In this document: piece after piece, positions 29,831 to 39,096 of the stretch
Numbering within the stretch: the first letter of the stretch is position 1
Layout: every line of letters starts with the position of its first letter
Source of the DNA: Patescibacteria group bacterium
GTDB taxonomy: Bacteria > Patescibacteriota > UBA1384 > XYA2-FULL-43-10 > 1-14-0-10-43-13
Length of the DNA: 64,000 bases
NCBI GenBank assembly: GCA_041649155.1
Contig: JBAZNP010000001.1
Location: 673,183 to 737,182 of the forward strand
Direction: 5' to 3'
Position numbers and translations under genes: made by a program
The notes under the pieces: generated by a model
The model's input: only the letters and a program-made list of their open reading frames with translations
Told to the model about the DNA's origin: nothing
Databases searched by the model: none

Positions 29831-30622
29831 ATGACAGCGAAAAAAGTTGTAGAGATGGCCAACGAAGAAGTCATCGACGAGAAGAAAATTCTCAAAGAAG
29901 CAGAGGAAAGAGAAAAAGAGAGAAAAGCTGAGGAAGAAGTAGCAAAAGAAGAAGAAAAAAAGGCTGAAAAGGAAGAGAAGAAAGAAGAGAAGAAAAAAGT
30001 AGAGCAGAAGAAAAGAAAGCCTTTGCATGGTAAAAAATACAGGGAATTGGCCAAGCAGATTGAGAAAGACACGGAATATCCAATTGCAGAAGCGATTGAA
30101 TTAGCACTTAAGACTTCTCCTGTAAAATTTGACGCTACAATCGAAGCTCATTTTAAGATCAATCCTAAAGAAAAAAATATTCGAGGCATGATCACTCTTG
30201 CCGGCGGTCTTGTTAAAGAGAAGAAAGTGAAGGAAGTTACCGAAGGTAATGTTGACGAAGTGATCGCAGAGGTTAAGGCTGGTAAAGTTGATTTTGATGT
30301 GATGATCGCCGAACTAAAGGCCATGCCTAAACTAGCTCAGCTTGCAAAAGTACTAGGTCCTAAGGGCCTTATGCCTTCGCCAAAGGCTGGAACTGCTGTT
30401 GAAGATGTAGCTAAAGCAGTAGAAGAATTAAAGAGCGGCAAAGTTGAATACAGAGCAGATAAATTCAATATCGTTCATTTGGCACTAGGTAAAATATCTT
30501 TCGGTTCCGAAAGAGTTAAACAGAATTATGATGCAATTTTAAATGCTTTGCCATTTAAGAAGATTGAAACTATATTCTTGACTTCTACAATGGGTCCAAG
30601 CGTTAAGGTGGCCAGAAAGTAG
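29831..30622 (+). CDS. rplA: 50S ribosomal protein L1 with Lys/Glu-rich N-terminal extension
   Basis: ...[44 protein letters not shown]...[24 protein letters not shown] matches uL1. About 70 aa of extra charged N-terminal sequence. Confidence 0.9.
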   Translation: MTAKKVVEMANEEVIDEKKILKEAEEREKERKAEEEVAKEEEKKAEKEEKKEEKKKVEQKKRKPLHGKKYRELAKQIEKDTEYPIAEAIELALKTSPVKFDATIEAHFKINPKEKNIRGMITLAGGLVKEKKVKEVTEGNVDEVIAEVKAGKVDFDVMIAELKAMPKLAQLAKVLGPKGLMPSPKAGTAVEDVAKAVEELKSGKVEYRADKFNIVHLALGKISFGSERVKQNYDAILNALPFKKIETIFLTSTMGPSVKVARK

Positions 30623-30670
30623 AGGGTAGAAAGTGGAAGGGGAACATAGAAAGCTGAATTGTGCTAAAGG

Positions 30671-30717
30671 AAAAATCGCCTTGAATTCGATAATGTCGGA
30701 TCAAGGCGATTTTTTTG
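30671..30717 (+). terminator. Rho-independent terminator after rplA
   Basis: aaaaatcgccttgaattcgataatgtcggatcaaggcgattttttt. Confidence 0.7.
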
Positions 30718-30746
30718 TTGACTTATGCTTGTGTTTTTGTTATATT
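30718..30746 (+). promoter_or_regulatory. sigma70-like promoter for rplJ-rplL (TTGACT-N17-TATATT), followed by about 150 nt leader
   Basis: ttgact, 17 nt, tatatt. The leader before rplJ contains hairpins (ctgtcgctgacag, gcacagtagttgcag), consistent with an L10-type autoregulatory leader. Confidence 0.5.
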
Positions 30747-30894
30747 AATTTTGTTCCAAAGACCACAAGTTCCGTCTGTCGCTGACAGCCGAGATTAAAT
30801 ATCTTGTGCAGGGATGAATTTAAATCATAATAAATTGATTTATTATTTATTTCTGCACAGTAGTTGCAGATTTTTTTATAAAATGGAGTGCATT

Positions 30895-31416
30895 ATGGCA
30901 AAGACAAAAGAAGCAAAATCAAAACTTTTAGAAAACCTTGACAGCAAAATCGAAAGAATGAAATCTGCTGTGATTGTTGACTACAAAGGTTTGAAAGTAA
31001 AAGACACTGAGGCATTGAGAAATGCCCTGAGAGAAAAAGGTGTTGAGTTTAACGTTTCAAAGAATTCATTAACAAAGATCGCTTTGAAAAAAGGTGGTAT
31101 TGAATTTGATGAAAGCGTTTTTACAAAACCGGTTGCAATCGCTTTCGCAATGGAAGATGAAGTTGCACCTGCTAAAGAAATCACTCTTTTCGCGAAAAAG
31201 AATGAAGCGATTGAGATTTTGGGTGGAATTCTGGAGCGAAAGTTCATTGATGATGCCATGGTAAAGCGGCTAGCAGCTCTTCCTTCAAAAGAACAATTGC
31301 ATGCCAAAGTTGTTGGCACAATTGCAGCTCCATTATCTGGCTTGGTCAATGTTTTTGCTGGAAATATGCGCGGCTTGGTCAATGTTTTAAATGCTCACAA
31401 GGAAAAAGTTAGTTAA
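30895..31416 (+). CDS. rplJ: 50S ribosomal protein L10
   Basis: MAKTKEAKSKLLENLDSKIERMKSAVIVDYKGLKVKDTEALRNALREKGVEFNVSKNSL is the uL10 N-terminal consensus. RBS ggag before the ATG at 30895. Confidence 0.9.
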   Translation: MAKTKEAKSKLLENLDSKIERMKSAVIVDYKGLKVKDTEALRNALREKGVEFNVSKNSLTKIALKKGGIEFDESVFTKPVAIAFAMEDEVAPAKEITLFAKKNEAIEILGGILERKFIDDAMVKRLAALPSKEQLHAKVVGTIAAPLSGLVNVFAGNMRGLVNVLNAHKEKVS

Positions 31417-31496
31417 ATAATTAATATTAATAAATAATTTATAAGAATTTGACCCCAGTTAGATAGCTATCGCATCTAACGGGGTAAAGGAGAAAA

Positions 31497-31952
31497 ATGG
31501 CAGAAGAAGAAAAAGTAGAAACAACTGAGGCAGTTGCCGAAGTAAAAGAAGAAACAAAAGCAGAAGTTCCTGCAAAATTTGAGAAGATCGTTGCTGAGAT
31601 TGATAAAATGTCAGTTTTGGATCTTTCAGAATTTGTTAAGGTTCTTGAAGATCACTATGGCGTATCGGCTGCAGCTCCTATGGCTATGGTTGGTGCTGTT
31701 GCTCCAGCTGCTGGCGAAGCAGAAGCTGCTGAAGAAAAAACATCATTTGATGTTATCCTAGCAGGTGCTGGCGCACAAAAGATTGCTGTTATTAAGGCTG
31801 TTAGAGAAATCAAACCGGAATTAGGTTTGAAAGAAGCTAAAGACTTAGTTGATGGTGCTCCAAAAGATCTTCTAAAAGGTGTTAAGAAAGAAGACGCTGA
31901 AGCTGCAAAAGCAAAGCTAGAAGCTGCTGGTGCTACTGTTGAAATGAAATAG
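31497..31952 (+). CDS. rplL: 50S ribosomal protein L7/L12
   Basis: Ala-rich hinge followed by the C-terminal domain [19 protein letters not shown]...[14 protein letters not shown]...[10 protein letters not shown]. Confidence 0.95.
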   Translation: MAEEEKVETTEAVAEVKEETKAEVPAKFEKIVAEIDKMSVLDLSEFVKVLEDHYGVSAAAPMAMVGAVAPAAGEAEAAEEKTSFDVILAGAGAQKIAVIKAVREIKPELGLKEAKDLVDGAPKDLLKGVKKEDAEAAKAKLEAAGATVEMK

Positions 31953-32001
31953 GCTGATTAGATAACAGCTAAACAGAATAAAGATAACAGATAGATATGT
32001 A

Positions 32002-32032
32002 CAAAAAAGCCCCGATTAATCGGGGCTTTTTT
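32002..32032 (+). terminator. Rho-independent terminator after rplL
   Basis: aaaaaagccccgattaatcggggctttttt. Confidence 0.75.
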
Positions 32033-32244
32033 GTATTTTGTGGTATAATTTTAATGTTAATATTTATACCGGAAGGGGGGTGGGCTGATTGGCAAAGCGG
32101 TGGCGCGAAAGACTCAGAAAGAGGCTGCGCGATTTGCTCGGATTGCGTCAGCCAATGTGGGCATGATTTTTTCTCTTTGGGCCGACACTGTCTTTTAGTG
32201 CCGGCTCTTTTCATTCTTATGGTTTTCTAGTATAATATTTTGTT

Positions 32245-33480
32245 ATGGCATTTGAATTAATCAAAAAATTAGATAACGGAGTTCGGGTTGGAAAACTAAC
32301 AACGCCTCATGGAGAAATTGAGACGCCTTTTTTTATGCCGGTGGGCACAGTCGGTAGTGTTAAGGGTGTATCGCCAAATGAATTAAACGAATTGGGTGCT
32401 CAAATAGTTCTGTCTAATACTTATCATCTGTATTTGCGTCCAGGAGAAAAACTAATTAAAAAACTTGGTGGACTGCATCAGTTTATGAATTGGAATAGGC
32501 CAATACTTACCGACTCTGGCGGATACCAAGTCTTTTCTTTGGGAAAAGACAATTCTAAATTTCTAATTTCTAATGACAAATCAAATTACAAAACCCAAAT
32601 AACAAATGTCCAAACATCTTTGGTTAAAATTACTGAGGATGGGGTTGAATTTAAGTCGCATTTAGACGGAAGTAAGCATTTTTTTACTCCTGAGAAAGTA
32701 ATCCAAATTCAACTTGATTTAGGGGTGGATATCTTGATGCCGCTCGATGTTTGTCCCAGCGGGAAGGCAACTCGGGAGGAGATTGAAGAAGCTTGCAAGT
32801 TAACAATATCTTGGGCAAAGCGTTCCAGAAAATATTTTCTGGAACAAGTAGAAAGTAGAAAGCTGAAAGATAACAGGCCACTTCTTCACGGAATAGTCCA
32901 AGGGGGATTGTATGAAGATTTACGCAGATATTGCGCTAAAGAGCTTATTAACCTTGATTTTGATGGATACTCAGTCGGAGGGTTGGCAGTTGATTTTGAA
33001 ACTCGTGATATGTGGAAGACTGTAAAATTGATGGGAGAAATTCTTCCCGAAAACAAGCAGAGATATTTAATGGGGGTTGGAACTCCTGACGACATTATTA
33101 AAGCAACGAAATTAGGCATGGACATGTTTGATTGTGTTTTGCCGACAAGATTAGCTCGTCACGGATCGGTTTATGTTAAAAATTGTCATTCCCACAACAA
33201 CCTTTGTCATTCCCGCGAAGGCGGGAATCCAGAGCCTGGATCCCAGATCGAGTCTGGGATGACAGACCATTATAAACTTATCAATCTTTTAAATTCCAAA
33301 TACAAAGAGGACGGGGGAGTGATCGATGAAGAATGCGCCTGTCCGGCTTGTAAAGGGGGATTTAGCCGTGCTTACATTTCGCACCTTCTAAGATCCAAAG
33401 AAATATTGGGACTGCGTTTAGCAACACTGCATAATCTACATCAGTATTTAGAACTGATGAGGGAATTAAAAAGTGAATAA
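32245..33480 (+). CDS. tgt: queuine tRNA-ribosyltransferase carrying an in-frame palindromic-element insertion
   Basis: TPHGEIETPFFMPVGTVGSVKG, LTDSGGYQVFSL, and zinc site CACPACKGG...SHL. About 30 extra residues (KNCHSHNNLCHSREGGNPEPGSQIESGMTDH) sit where other TGTs are contiguous; these are encoded by element E6. TATAAT lies 11 nt upstream of the ATG. Confidence 0.9.
   Translation: MAFELIKKLDNGVRVGKLTTPHGEIETPFFMPVGTVGSVKGVSPNELNELGAQIVLSNTYHLYLRPGEKLIKKLGGLHQFMNWNRPILTDSGGYQVFSLGKDNSKFLISNDKSNYKTQITNVQTSLVKITEDGVEFKSHLDGSKHFFTPEKVIQIQLDLGVDILMPLDVCPSGKATREEIEEACKLTISWAKRSRKYFLEQVESRKLKDNRPLLHGIVQGGLYEDLRRYCAKELINLDFDGYSVGGLAVDFETRDMWKTVKLMGEILPENKQRYLMGVGTPDDIIKATKLGMDMFDCVLPTRLARHGSVYVKNCHSHNNLCHSREGGNPEPGSQIESGMTDHYKLINLLNSKYKEDGGVIDEECACPACKGGFSRAYISHLLRSKEILGLRLATLHNLHQYLELMRELKSE
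33185..33265. repeat. palindromic mini-element E6 inserted in-frame in tgt
   Basis: gtcattcccacaacaacctttgtcattcccgcgaaggcgggaatccagagcctggatcccagatcgagtctgggatgacag: same termini and the same second hairpin as E2. Confidence 0.7.
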
Positions 33481-33652
33481 CAAAAATTGTTGTGGATAAG
33501 CAAATAATTTATTAATATTTTGAATTGACATTCGTTTTTCCGTCGAGGATAATAGAGCTAGACCCTGCAGGTCCATAGCGGTGCGTTTCGTGGGGATATT
33601 TTGCAACTTAGGGTTGCTGTTTAATTAGATTAGTAGGAAAGAGGAGGACGTT

Positions 33653-33856
33653 ATGAGTGATGATTACCAGGATGACCAAACAACCAAGGAAGAGGAAGCT
33701 GTAGAAGAAACAGATGATTCAGACGAGGAAACTGAAGGAGAAGAGACAGAAGCTGCTGAAGCACCTGTAGAAGAGAAAGAAGAAGATGAAACCGAAGAAG
33801 CTGAAACTCCAGAAGAAGAAGACGAAGACGAAGACGAAGATAAAGAAGAAGAGTAA
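33653..33856 (+). CDS. small highly acidic protein (67 aa, D/E-rich)
   Basis: Strong RBS aggaaagaggagg; sequence composed mostly of E/D/T. A terminator follows. Confidence 0.4.
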   Translation: MSDDYQDDQTTKEEEAVEETDDSDEETEGEETEAAEAPVEEKEEDETEEAETPEEEDEDEDEDKEEE

Positions 33857-33884
33857 ACTTGGCTGGATAATATCCAATTTTAAT

Positions 33885-33928
33885 AAAAAAGCTCCGATCG
33901 ATATAGTATTGTAATCGGGGCTTTTTTC
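33885..33928 (+). terminator. Rho-independent terminator
   Basis: aaaaaagctccgatcgatatagtattgtaatcggggctttttt. Confidence 0.6.
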
Positions 33929-33966
33929 TTTGTTCTGGCTTTGATTGCTGTTTTTTATTAAAGCTC

Positions 33967-33995
33967 TTGACAAATAAAATTTGGTATGCTATAAT
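33967..33995 (+). promoter_or_regulatory. near-consensus sigma70 promoter (TTGACA-N17-tgcTATAAT) driving a 400-nt structured leader/ncRNA and the downstream module
   Basis: ttgaca, 17 nt, tataat, with extended -10 TG. Followed by about 400 nt of GC-elevated sequence full of short hairpins before the first ATG at 34403. Confidence 0.6.
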
Positions 33996-34402
33996 CCAAT
34001 GTTCTTAAGGTGAGGGGATTCACAGCGAGAACCCAGTTACCTCAAGAAAATACATTACAATTTAGTGCGATAGTGTGCTGCATAATTCATTTCTTGGCCT
34101 CGTGCCAAGACGTAGGTTCCCCCTCCGCCTGCGGAATTATGTGGCACAGTATTGCACTTTTTTTAAACCTTTGGTTTAAAACCCAGCGTAGCTTTAGCGA
34201 AGTTGGGTAGATGCAATTGCATTTTGACAACTAAATATCCTTCAGAGCAAGTTGCGCTCCGTGCAACTAGTAGAAAGTGAAAGGCGGTAAGTAGAAAGTT
34301 TTACGCCCAGCTTGCTCTGAGGGAATAACACCCTCAAAAGGGCCGCCAAAACGGCGTTTAATTACGCCGCTTACGCGGCACTACATTTGGAGGGATCGTA
34401 GA

Positions 34403-35068
34403 ATGAGAACACTTGTAACTTTGGTCGTTATTATAACGACGCTGTTTCTTTTCTCGCCTAATTCCTACTGCGCCATTGGCGTTGTAGTGGAAGACGGTAA
34501 CGGACCTGTCGCACAGGGTCAGGAAGCTCAAACTAGTATTCAGGAATCTCCTCAAGATAGTGGTGAGCAGGTTGCACAAATGCCAGCTGAGGAACGGGTT
34601 GAAGAGATGGGGACCTTAGTTGACTCTCAAGTTTCGTGTGTCAATTCTGATATTTCGAAATTTAGAGAAGCTCGAGCTAATCTGGCTCGAAGGAATGAGA
34701 GTGTAGCAGTCCACGTTCTTGAACGGAAGGTTGCCAGTCTTCAGTCGAGACTGAGAATATTTAAATCTATGAAGGTTGAAATAAAAGATCTTCGTGAGAG
34801 AATGTTCACTCTCGATGACAAGAAAGATATTGAGGCGCTCAAGAAGCTCGTTGATTCATGGACGAGCAAGTTCGTTGATGATGAGGAATTCACAAAAAAG
34901 CTCCAATCTTATGTCACAAAAGAAGACTTGGAGCAGCAGTTGTCTTCTTATGCCACTAAAACAGAAGTGAATCACATCGGAAATCGAGCGAGAAATTCTT
35001 ATGTGCTTTCATGGTTAGCAATTGTGGGAGTGATTCTTCCTCCGATTTACAAGAAAGTGCGTGGGTAG
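34403..35068 (+). CDS. hypothetical secreted/membrane protein with coiled-coil region
   Basis: Signal-like N-terminus MRTLVTLVVIITTLFLFSPNSYCA, central heptad-like charged region, C-terminal TM YVLSWLAIVGVILPPIY. Confidence 0.45.
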   Translation: MRTLVTLVVIITTLFLFSPNSYCAIGVVVEDGNGPVAQGQEAQTSIQESPQDSGEQVAQMPAEERVEEMGTLVDSQVSCVNSDISKFREARANLARRNESVAVHVLERKVASLQSRLRIFKSMKVEIKDLRERMFTLDDKKDIEALKKLVDSWTSKFVDDEEFTKKLQSYVTKEDLEQQLSSYATKTEVNHIGNRARNSYVLSWLAIVGVILPPIYKKVRG

Positions 35069-35115
35069 ATAAAAAATAAGAATTAAGATAGTTATTGCGA
35101 CGTTGTCGCAAGAGT

Positions 35116-35148
35116 CGGGGCGGCCCATATGGGCCGCCCTCTTTGTGT
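35116..35148 (+). terminator. hairpin terminator/attenuator
   Basis: ggggcggcccatatgggccgcccc-like 9-bp GC stem followed by tctttgtg (weak U-tract). Confidence 0.45.
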
Positions 35149-35217
35149 CCAATAAACTAAACTGTTGTGCAAATAGTTGATTTGTTTTATTATAAATATA
35201 TACAAGCTAGGAGGGAG

Positions 35218-38200
35218 ATGGTCGAATCGGGACAACAGCCACCACAAGAACTCGAAGGATTACGAGGTGATCTTGTTAATTTAAAGCACGAAGAAATTTC
35301 TAGTGAAGAAGATGAAATTTTGGCGGAAATTTCCAAGGCTAGACAAGAGATCGAAAATAATCCTGAAAAATTTGAGGAAATTTTGGCGTCTTTAGATGCT
35401 GATGCACTTCTTTTAAAAAGGATTTTAGAAGAAAAAAAGAAGTTTTGGGGACTTGGTGAAAAAATATCAAATATTACTGTTGATAAAATACAAAATGAAA
35501 AATGGAAAAAAGTACTAAAAATCGGCGCTAAACTTGGCGGGGGAATCATTGCATCAAGGTTGATATCAATAGGTGTTAAGAGTGCTTTTAACGTTTCTAA
35601 TCCGGTAACTGGAGCAATCTCCGGCGCTGCTATGGGGGGGTTCTGGGGCTATGTCAGGGGGAAAGACAAGACTGAATCGGCAAACGCATGGATGAAAGAG
35701 CTGAATATTGAAGAGCTGGAAACTGAAACTGTTGATGAATATTCTAACGAAGATTTAGGAAAAGTTATTGGTATTTTAAAAAATGCAATTGAAGATGGTA
35801 AAAATGGAAGGATGAGAGGCAATGCTGTTTCTAAAATTAATCTAGCTAGGAAGTATCGAGTAGCAAACAAAGAGCTTGTAAGGCGTACTAATGAGATAGA
35901 ACAGGATGAAAGTGGTTCAGTAATCGATCGAATCGATGAATTGAGCCAGGACGCAGAGGTTGAGGGAAAAGCCATATCGGAGTTATCTGGTAGGGAGCAT
36001 GAAGAACTTTATAAAATTCTCACTGAGCGTAATAAATATACGGTTGTTAAAGAAGGAATCAAAGGAGCTCTTGTCGGTGCTGGAGTTGGCTATGTGGCAA
36101 ACTGGGCTATGGATAAGATTTTTCACGTTGATGGTAATTCAGCTAAAGATGCAGCGTTGGAAGCAAAGAAGGAATCAATTAGACAAGCACATGATGCTAA
36201 AATTGATCAATTTGGGAATAATGATCTTCATAGCTTTAATACAGATCAAACTACCCACTTGCAATTAGTTGAAACAAAGGGAGACCTGCATGGGTTTAAT
36301 GACACTGAACTATCAAGCTTTACAGAGTCAGTAAATAAATCCGGTAATGTCTGGGAATTAATAAGGGATAGCCATTCCGATCTTCATAACATTGATTTAC
36401 AGGCTCCAATTGATGGAGAAACGGGCAAAAACATCGGTCAATTCATACTTGAGCATAAGGAAGCATTTTCTAACCTCGATCCGAATATACAAAGAGAAAT
36501 GTTGTCATTTCCAAGCTTAGCAGAAGATATTTTTAAAGCAGCAACTGAAAATTCATCAGCATCTGCGAGCGCAATTTCGGGTAACGCATTAGGGACTTTG
36601 GGTTTGGCTGCAATTGGCAGTGGTGGCATTTATGCTCTCGCGGCTAAAAAAGAAAAAGTGGCTAATGAAAAAATCGAAGCTTACGAGCCTAGACAACAAT
36701 CAGCATCTGGTGGAGGTGATTCTGGTCCTGACGGGACTCCATCTCCTGATGCTGGTGGAACTAGTGAGCAGAAGCCTCGAATTGTAGCGCCTAAAGGCAG
36801 ATTTGACGACAGTAATCTTGGAGAAGGCGGGCTGGCAGAAAACAACGGAGTTAATCCGGTCGGACTGGTTGAAAGCAAACCTGTTGATGTTGAAAAATAC
36901 AATCCGACCAAAGAAGATTACAAAAATGCAGAAGAGTTTTGGAAAATAAATGCGGGCAAAAAAGAAGTTAAAGAACATCTGGACGAATGGTTGTCTATAT
37001 TTATCAATCAAGGCAAATTCAATCTTAGAATTAACGGTGATGAAATTAGCGAAGTCGAAGCTTTAGAAGTTGCTGCATATAAGATTATGATTTTCGAAAA
37101 AGGTTGTGGAATTGGTGAAATTAAGATCGAAAGAAATAATGGTGTGTATTCTGCAGAGGCTGAGATCGTCGCTTTAAATGGTGGTGCTTCTGAAAAACCA
37201 GAATTGTCGCCTCAAGCTGCCGGAGTTGCAAGCGAGGGAGTAAACGCTGAAGCGGAAGACTATGGAAATAAAGAATGGATTTCTCGTGAAGCAGGAGTTG
37301 TTTTGCATGGCGCTCATGGATCAATAGCTGTCAATGCTGGCGATGTAGTGACGGAAAAATTAGGCAATCGTTTTACTATACGTGAATTATATGTCGATGA
37401 AAATCAAGATAATATTAAGATTGTTTGGGAAGATGGAAGTGATAATGTAAACACATCCGATAAATGGTATGAGTTTTTTTGGGAGGCAAAGCAAAGAGAA
37501 GAAGTGGGAGGAGGCACTGGCTTGAGTAACGAAGGCGAAGATGAGCCGGAAGTTTTTGTCCCAAGAAAATTAAATCCTGATAGGGCAGAGGGTTTAATTA
37601 AATCAGCTTCTGAAAATAACACAAATTTAAATATTCCAGAACTTGGTTTACAGAAATTTAATGTTAATAATAGTGATCAAGTTGTTTTGCTTGGCGATTT
37701 AGGAGATAATCTTGACTATTTAAAACAAGACATAGACTTTGGGTTTGTGCGGATAAATGAAATACAGGGAGAGTTAAGGGAAAAGGGTGTACAGACACCG
37801 GATTATAAGTTTTCTATAGAAAATGGTGAAAATTTCATTGAGTCTTATCTTGAGCCATTGAATGTGTTTATGGAAAAAATTTACAATCATTTGCCTCATA
37901 ATAAAGTTGAATTACCGCCAAATATTGAAAGCCAGGATTTAAGTGAAGCAATTGAGCGATTTGAAAGCGGATTCGAGAAGGTTAAAGCAAAATTAGAATT
38001 TTTTGGAGAATCGGCCAAAATTGAAAAGGTTCAAAATTTTTTAAGTCTTGCAAGAGCAATTAGGGATAATGATATCCAAAAGATTAATCCAAAATCAATT
38101 TCAAATGTGATTATGCAAACGTGGCATCCTTATAACAGCAACAAAGAGACTAATTGGATATATAAAAATGCCGAGGTTCTTAACCAACTATTGAAGGAAA

Positions 38201-38712
38201 AACTAAAAGGCTTTGATTACGAGATCATAGATGAAGAAGATTTAATTGGACATGAATTTATTCCATCAATTTGTAGGAGTATTGCATTGGAAGTTCAAAA
38301 TAAAGAGAATAAAGGCAAGATAATAGCGTTAAAGGGAGATAAAATAACAGGGGCAGGCCCTGGGGCATTAATATTCAAAGGAAAATTAGAGTATCCTGCC
38401 TTAACTGTTCTTGGGGTTGATGGTTTCAAGATAGATTTGGGCAAAGGAAAAGAGATATCTTTAGACTTAAATTCTGTTTACCGGATTAAAGACGGAGATA
38501 AGGAAGAATTCATTAAGTTTCATTGGCTGCGCGAAATTCATGGTGAGTATTTAGTAAACCTAGAAGTATCTGATTATGGTGTGCCCTTAAGTAAAGAGGG
38601 ATTAATTAGATTTATTAACAGGTATTCGATTGAGAAGATAGAAGGAGAAGTCGATCTAGGTAAGACCGAGAAAGCATATGCCAATCAATTACTTGAGGAA
38701 TTTCGTAAATAA
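35218..38712 (+). CDS. large hypothetical protein (1164 aa from the ATG at 35218) with three glycine-zipper-like amphipathic/TM segments
   Basis: RBS gagggag then ATG. Segments GGGIIASRLISIGVKSAFNVSNPVTGAISGAAMGGFWGYV, GIKGALVGAGVGYVANWAM and GNALGTLGLAAIGSGGIYALAA. A Gly/Ser/Pro-rich linker. No recognisable enzymatic motif. Confidence 0.5.
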   Translation: MVESGQQPPQELEGLRGDLVNLKHEEISSEEDEILAEISKARQEIENNPEKFEEILASLDADALLLKRILEEKKKFWGLGEKISNITVDKIQNEKWKKVLKIGAKLGGGIIASRLISIGVKSAFNVSNPVTGAISGAAMGGFWGYVRGKDKTESANAWMKELNIEELETETVDEYSNEDLGKVIGILKNAIEDGKNGRMRGNAVSKINLARKYRVANKELVRRTNEIEQDESGSVIDRIDELSQDAEVEGKAISELSGREHEELYKILTERNKYTVVKEGIKGALVGAGVGYVANWAMDKIFHVDGNSAKDAALEAKKESIRQAHDAKIDQFGNNDLHSFNTDQTTHLQLVETKGDLHGFNDTELSSFTESVNKSGNVWELIRDSHSDLHNIDLQAPIDGETGKNIGQFILEHKEAFSNLDPNIQREMLSFPSLAEDIFKAATENSSASASAISGNALGTLGLAAIGSGGIYALAAKKEKVANEKIEAYEPRQQSASGGGDSGPDGTPSPDAGGTSEQKPRIVAPKGRFDDSNLGEGGLAENNGVNPVGLVESKPVDVEKYNPTKEDYKNAEEFWKINAGKKEVKEHLDEWLSIFINQGKFNLRINGDEISEVEALEVAAYKIMIFEKGCGIGEIKIERNNGVYSAEAEIVALNGGASEKPELSPQAAGVASEGVNAEAEDYGNKEWISREAGVVLHGAHGSIAVNAGDVVTEKLGNRFTIRELYVDENQDNIKIVWEDGSDNVNTSDKWYEFFWEAKQREEVGGGTGLSNEGEDEPEVFVPRKLNPDRAEGLIKSASENNTNLNIPELGLQKFNVNNSDQVVLLGDLGDNLDYLKQDIDFGFVRINEIQGELREKGVQTPDYKFSIENGENFIESYLEPLNVFMEKIYNHLPHNKVELPPNIESQDLSEAIERFESGFEKVKAKLEFFGESAKIEKVQNFLSLARAIRDNDIQKINPKSISNVIMQTWHPYNSNKETNWIYKNAEVLNQLLKEKLKGFDYEIIDEEDLIGHEFIPSICRSIALEVQNKENKGKIIALKGDKITGAGPGALIFKGKLEYPALTVLGVDGFKIDLGKGKEISLDLNSVYRIKDGDKEEFIKFHWLREIHGEYLVNLEVSDYGVPLSKEGLIRFINRYSIEKIEGEVDLGKTEKAYANQLLEEFRK

Positions 38713-38745
38713 TTACATTAAGATAAATAAAGTCGGAGGGGAAAA

Positions 38746-39096
38746 ATGAATAACGATGATATGAACAAAGCGGACAATATTGAGGAAACTAATGATATAA
38801 TATTGCTGTATCAGAAAAAAATCATGGAAGAACTAGGGCTTGATAAGCTTTCCGAAAAAGAAAAAGAGGAAGCTGAAGCAAAAATTGCCAACCTTGTTAA
38901 TAACAGGGTGGTGAATATTATTTTGGCGTATTTACCGGAAGAGAAAGCCGAAGAATTTAAAGTTTTGATTGAGCAAGAAAAACTGGATGAAATAATTAAA
39001 TTTTTAAAAACAACAGTGCCTGATATTGAAGTTAAAATTGCAAATGATCTAATGCTGTTAAGAAAAGAATTAATAAGCAAATTGGCGAAAAAATAA
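38746..39096 (+). CDS. hypothetical protein (116 aa, K/E-rich)
   Basis: ORF with RBS ggagggg. Stop overlaps the next start (ATAATG). Confidence 0.4.
   Translation: MNNDDMNKADNIEETNDIILLYQKKIMEELGLDKLSEKEKEEAEAKIANLVNNRVVNIILAYLPEEKAEEFKVLIEQEKLDEIIKFLKTTVPDIEVKIANDLMLLRKELISKLAKK

Noticed and set aside
29804-30107. Three overlapping minus-strand ORFs (F/L/S-rich)
   Set aside because: Antisense to the Lys/Glu-rich N-terminal extension of rplA; a compositional artefact.
31997-32230. 77-aa ORF between rplL and tgt
   Set aside because: No RBS and an odd Cys/Gly composition; the region is better explained as a GC-rich non-coding or RNA element.
33719-33973. 84-aa minus-strand ORF
   Set aside because: Antisense to the acidic 67-aa protein; low complexity.
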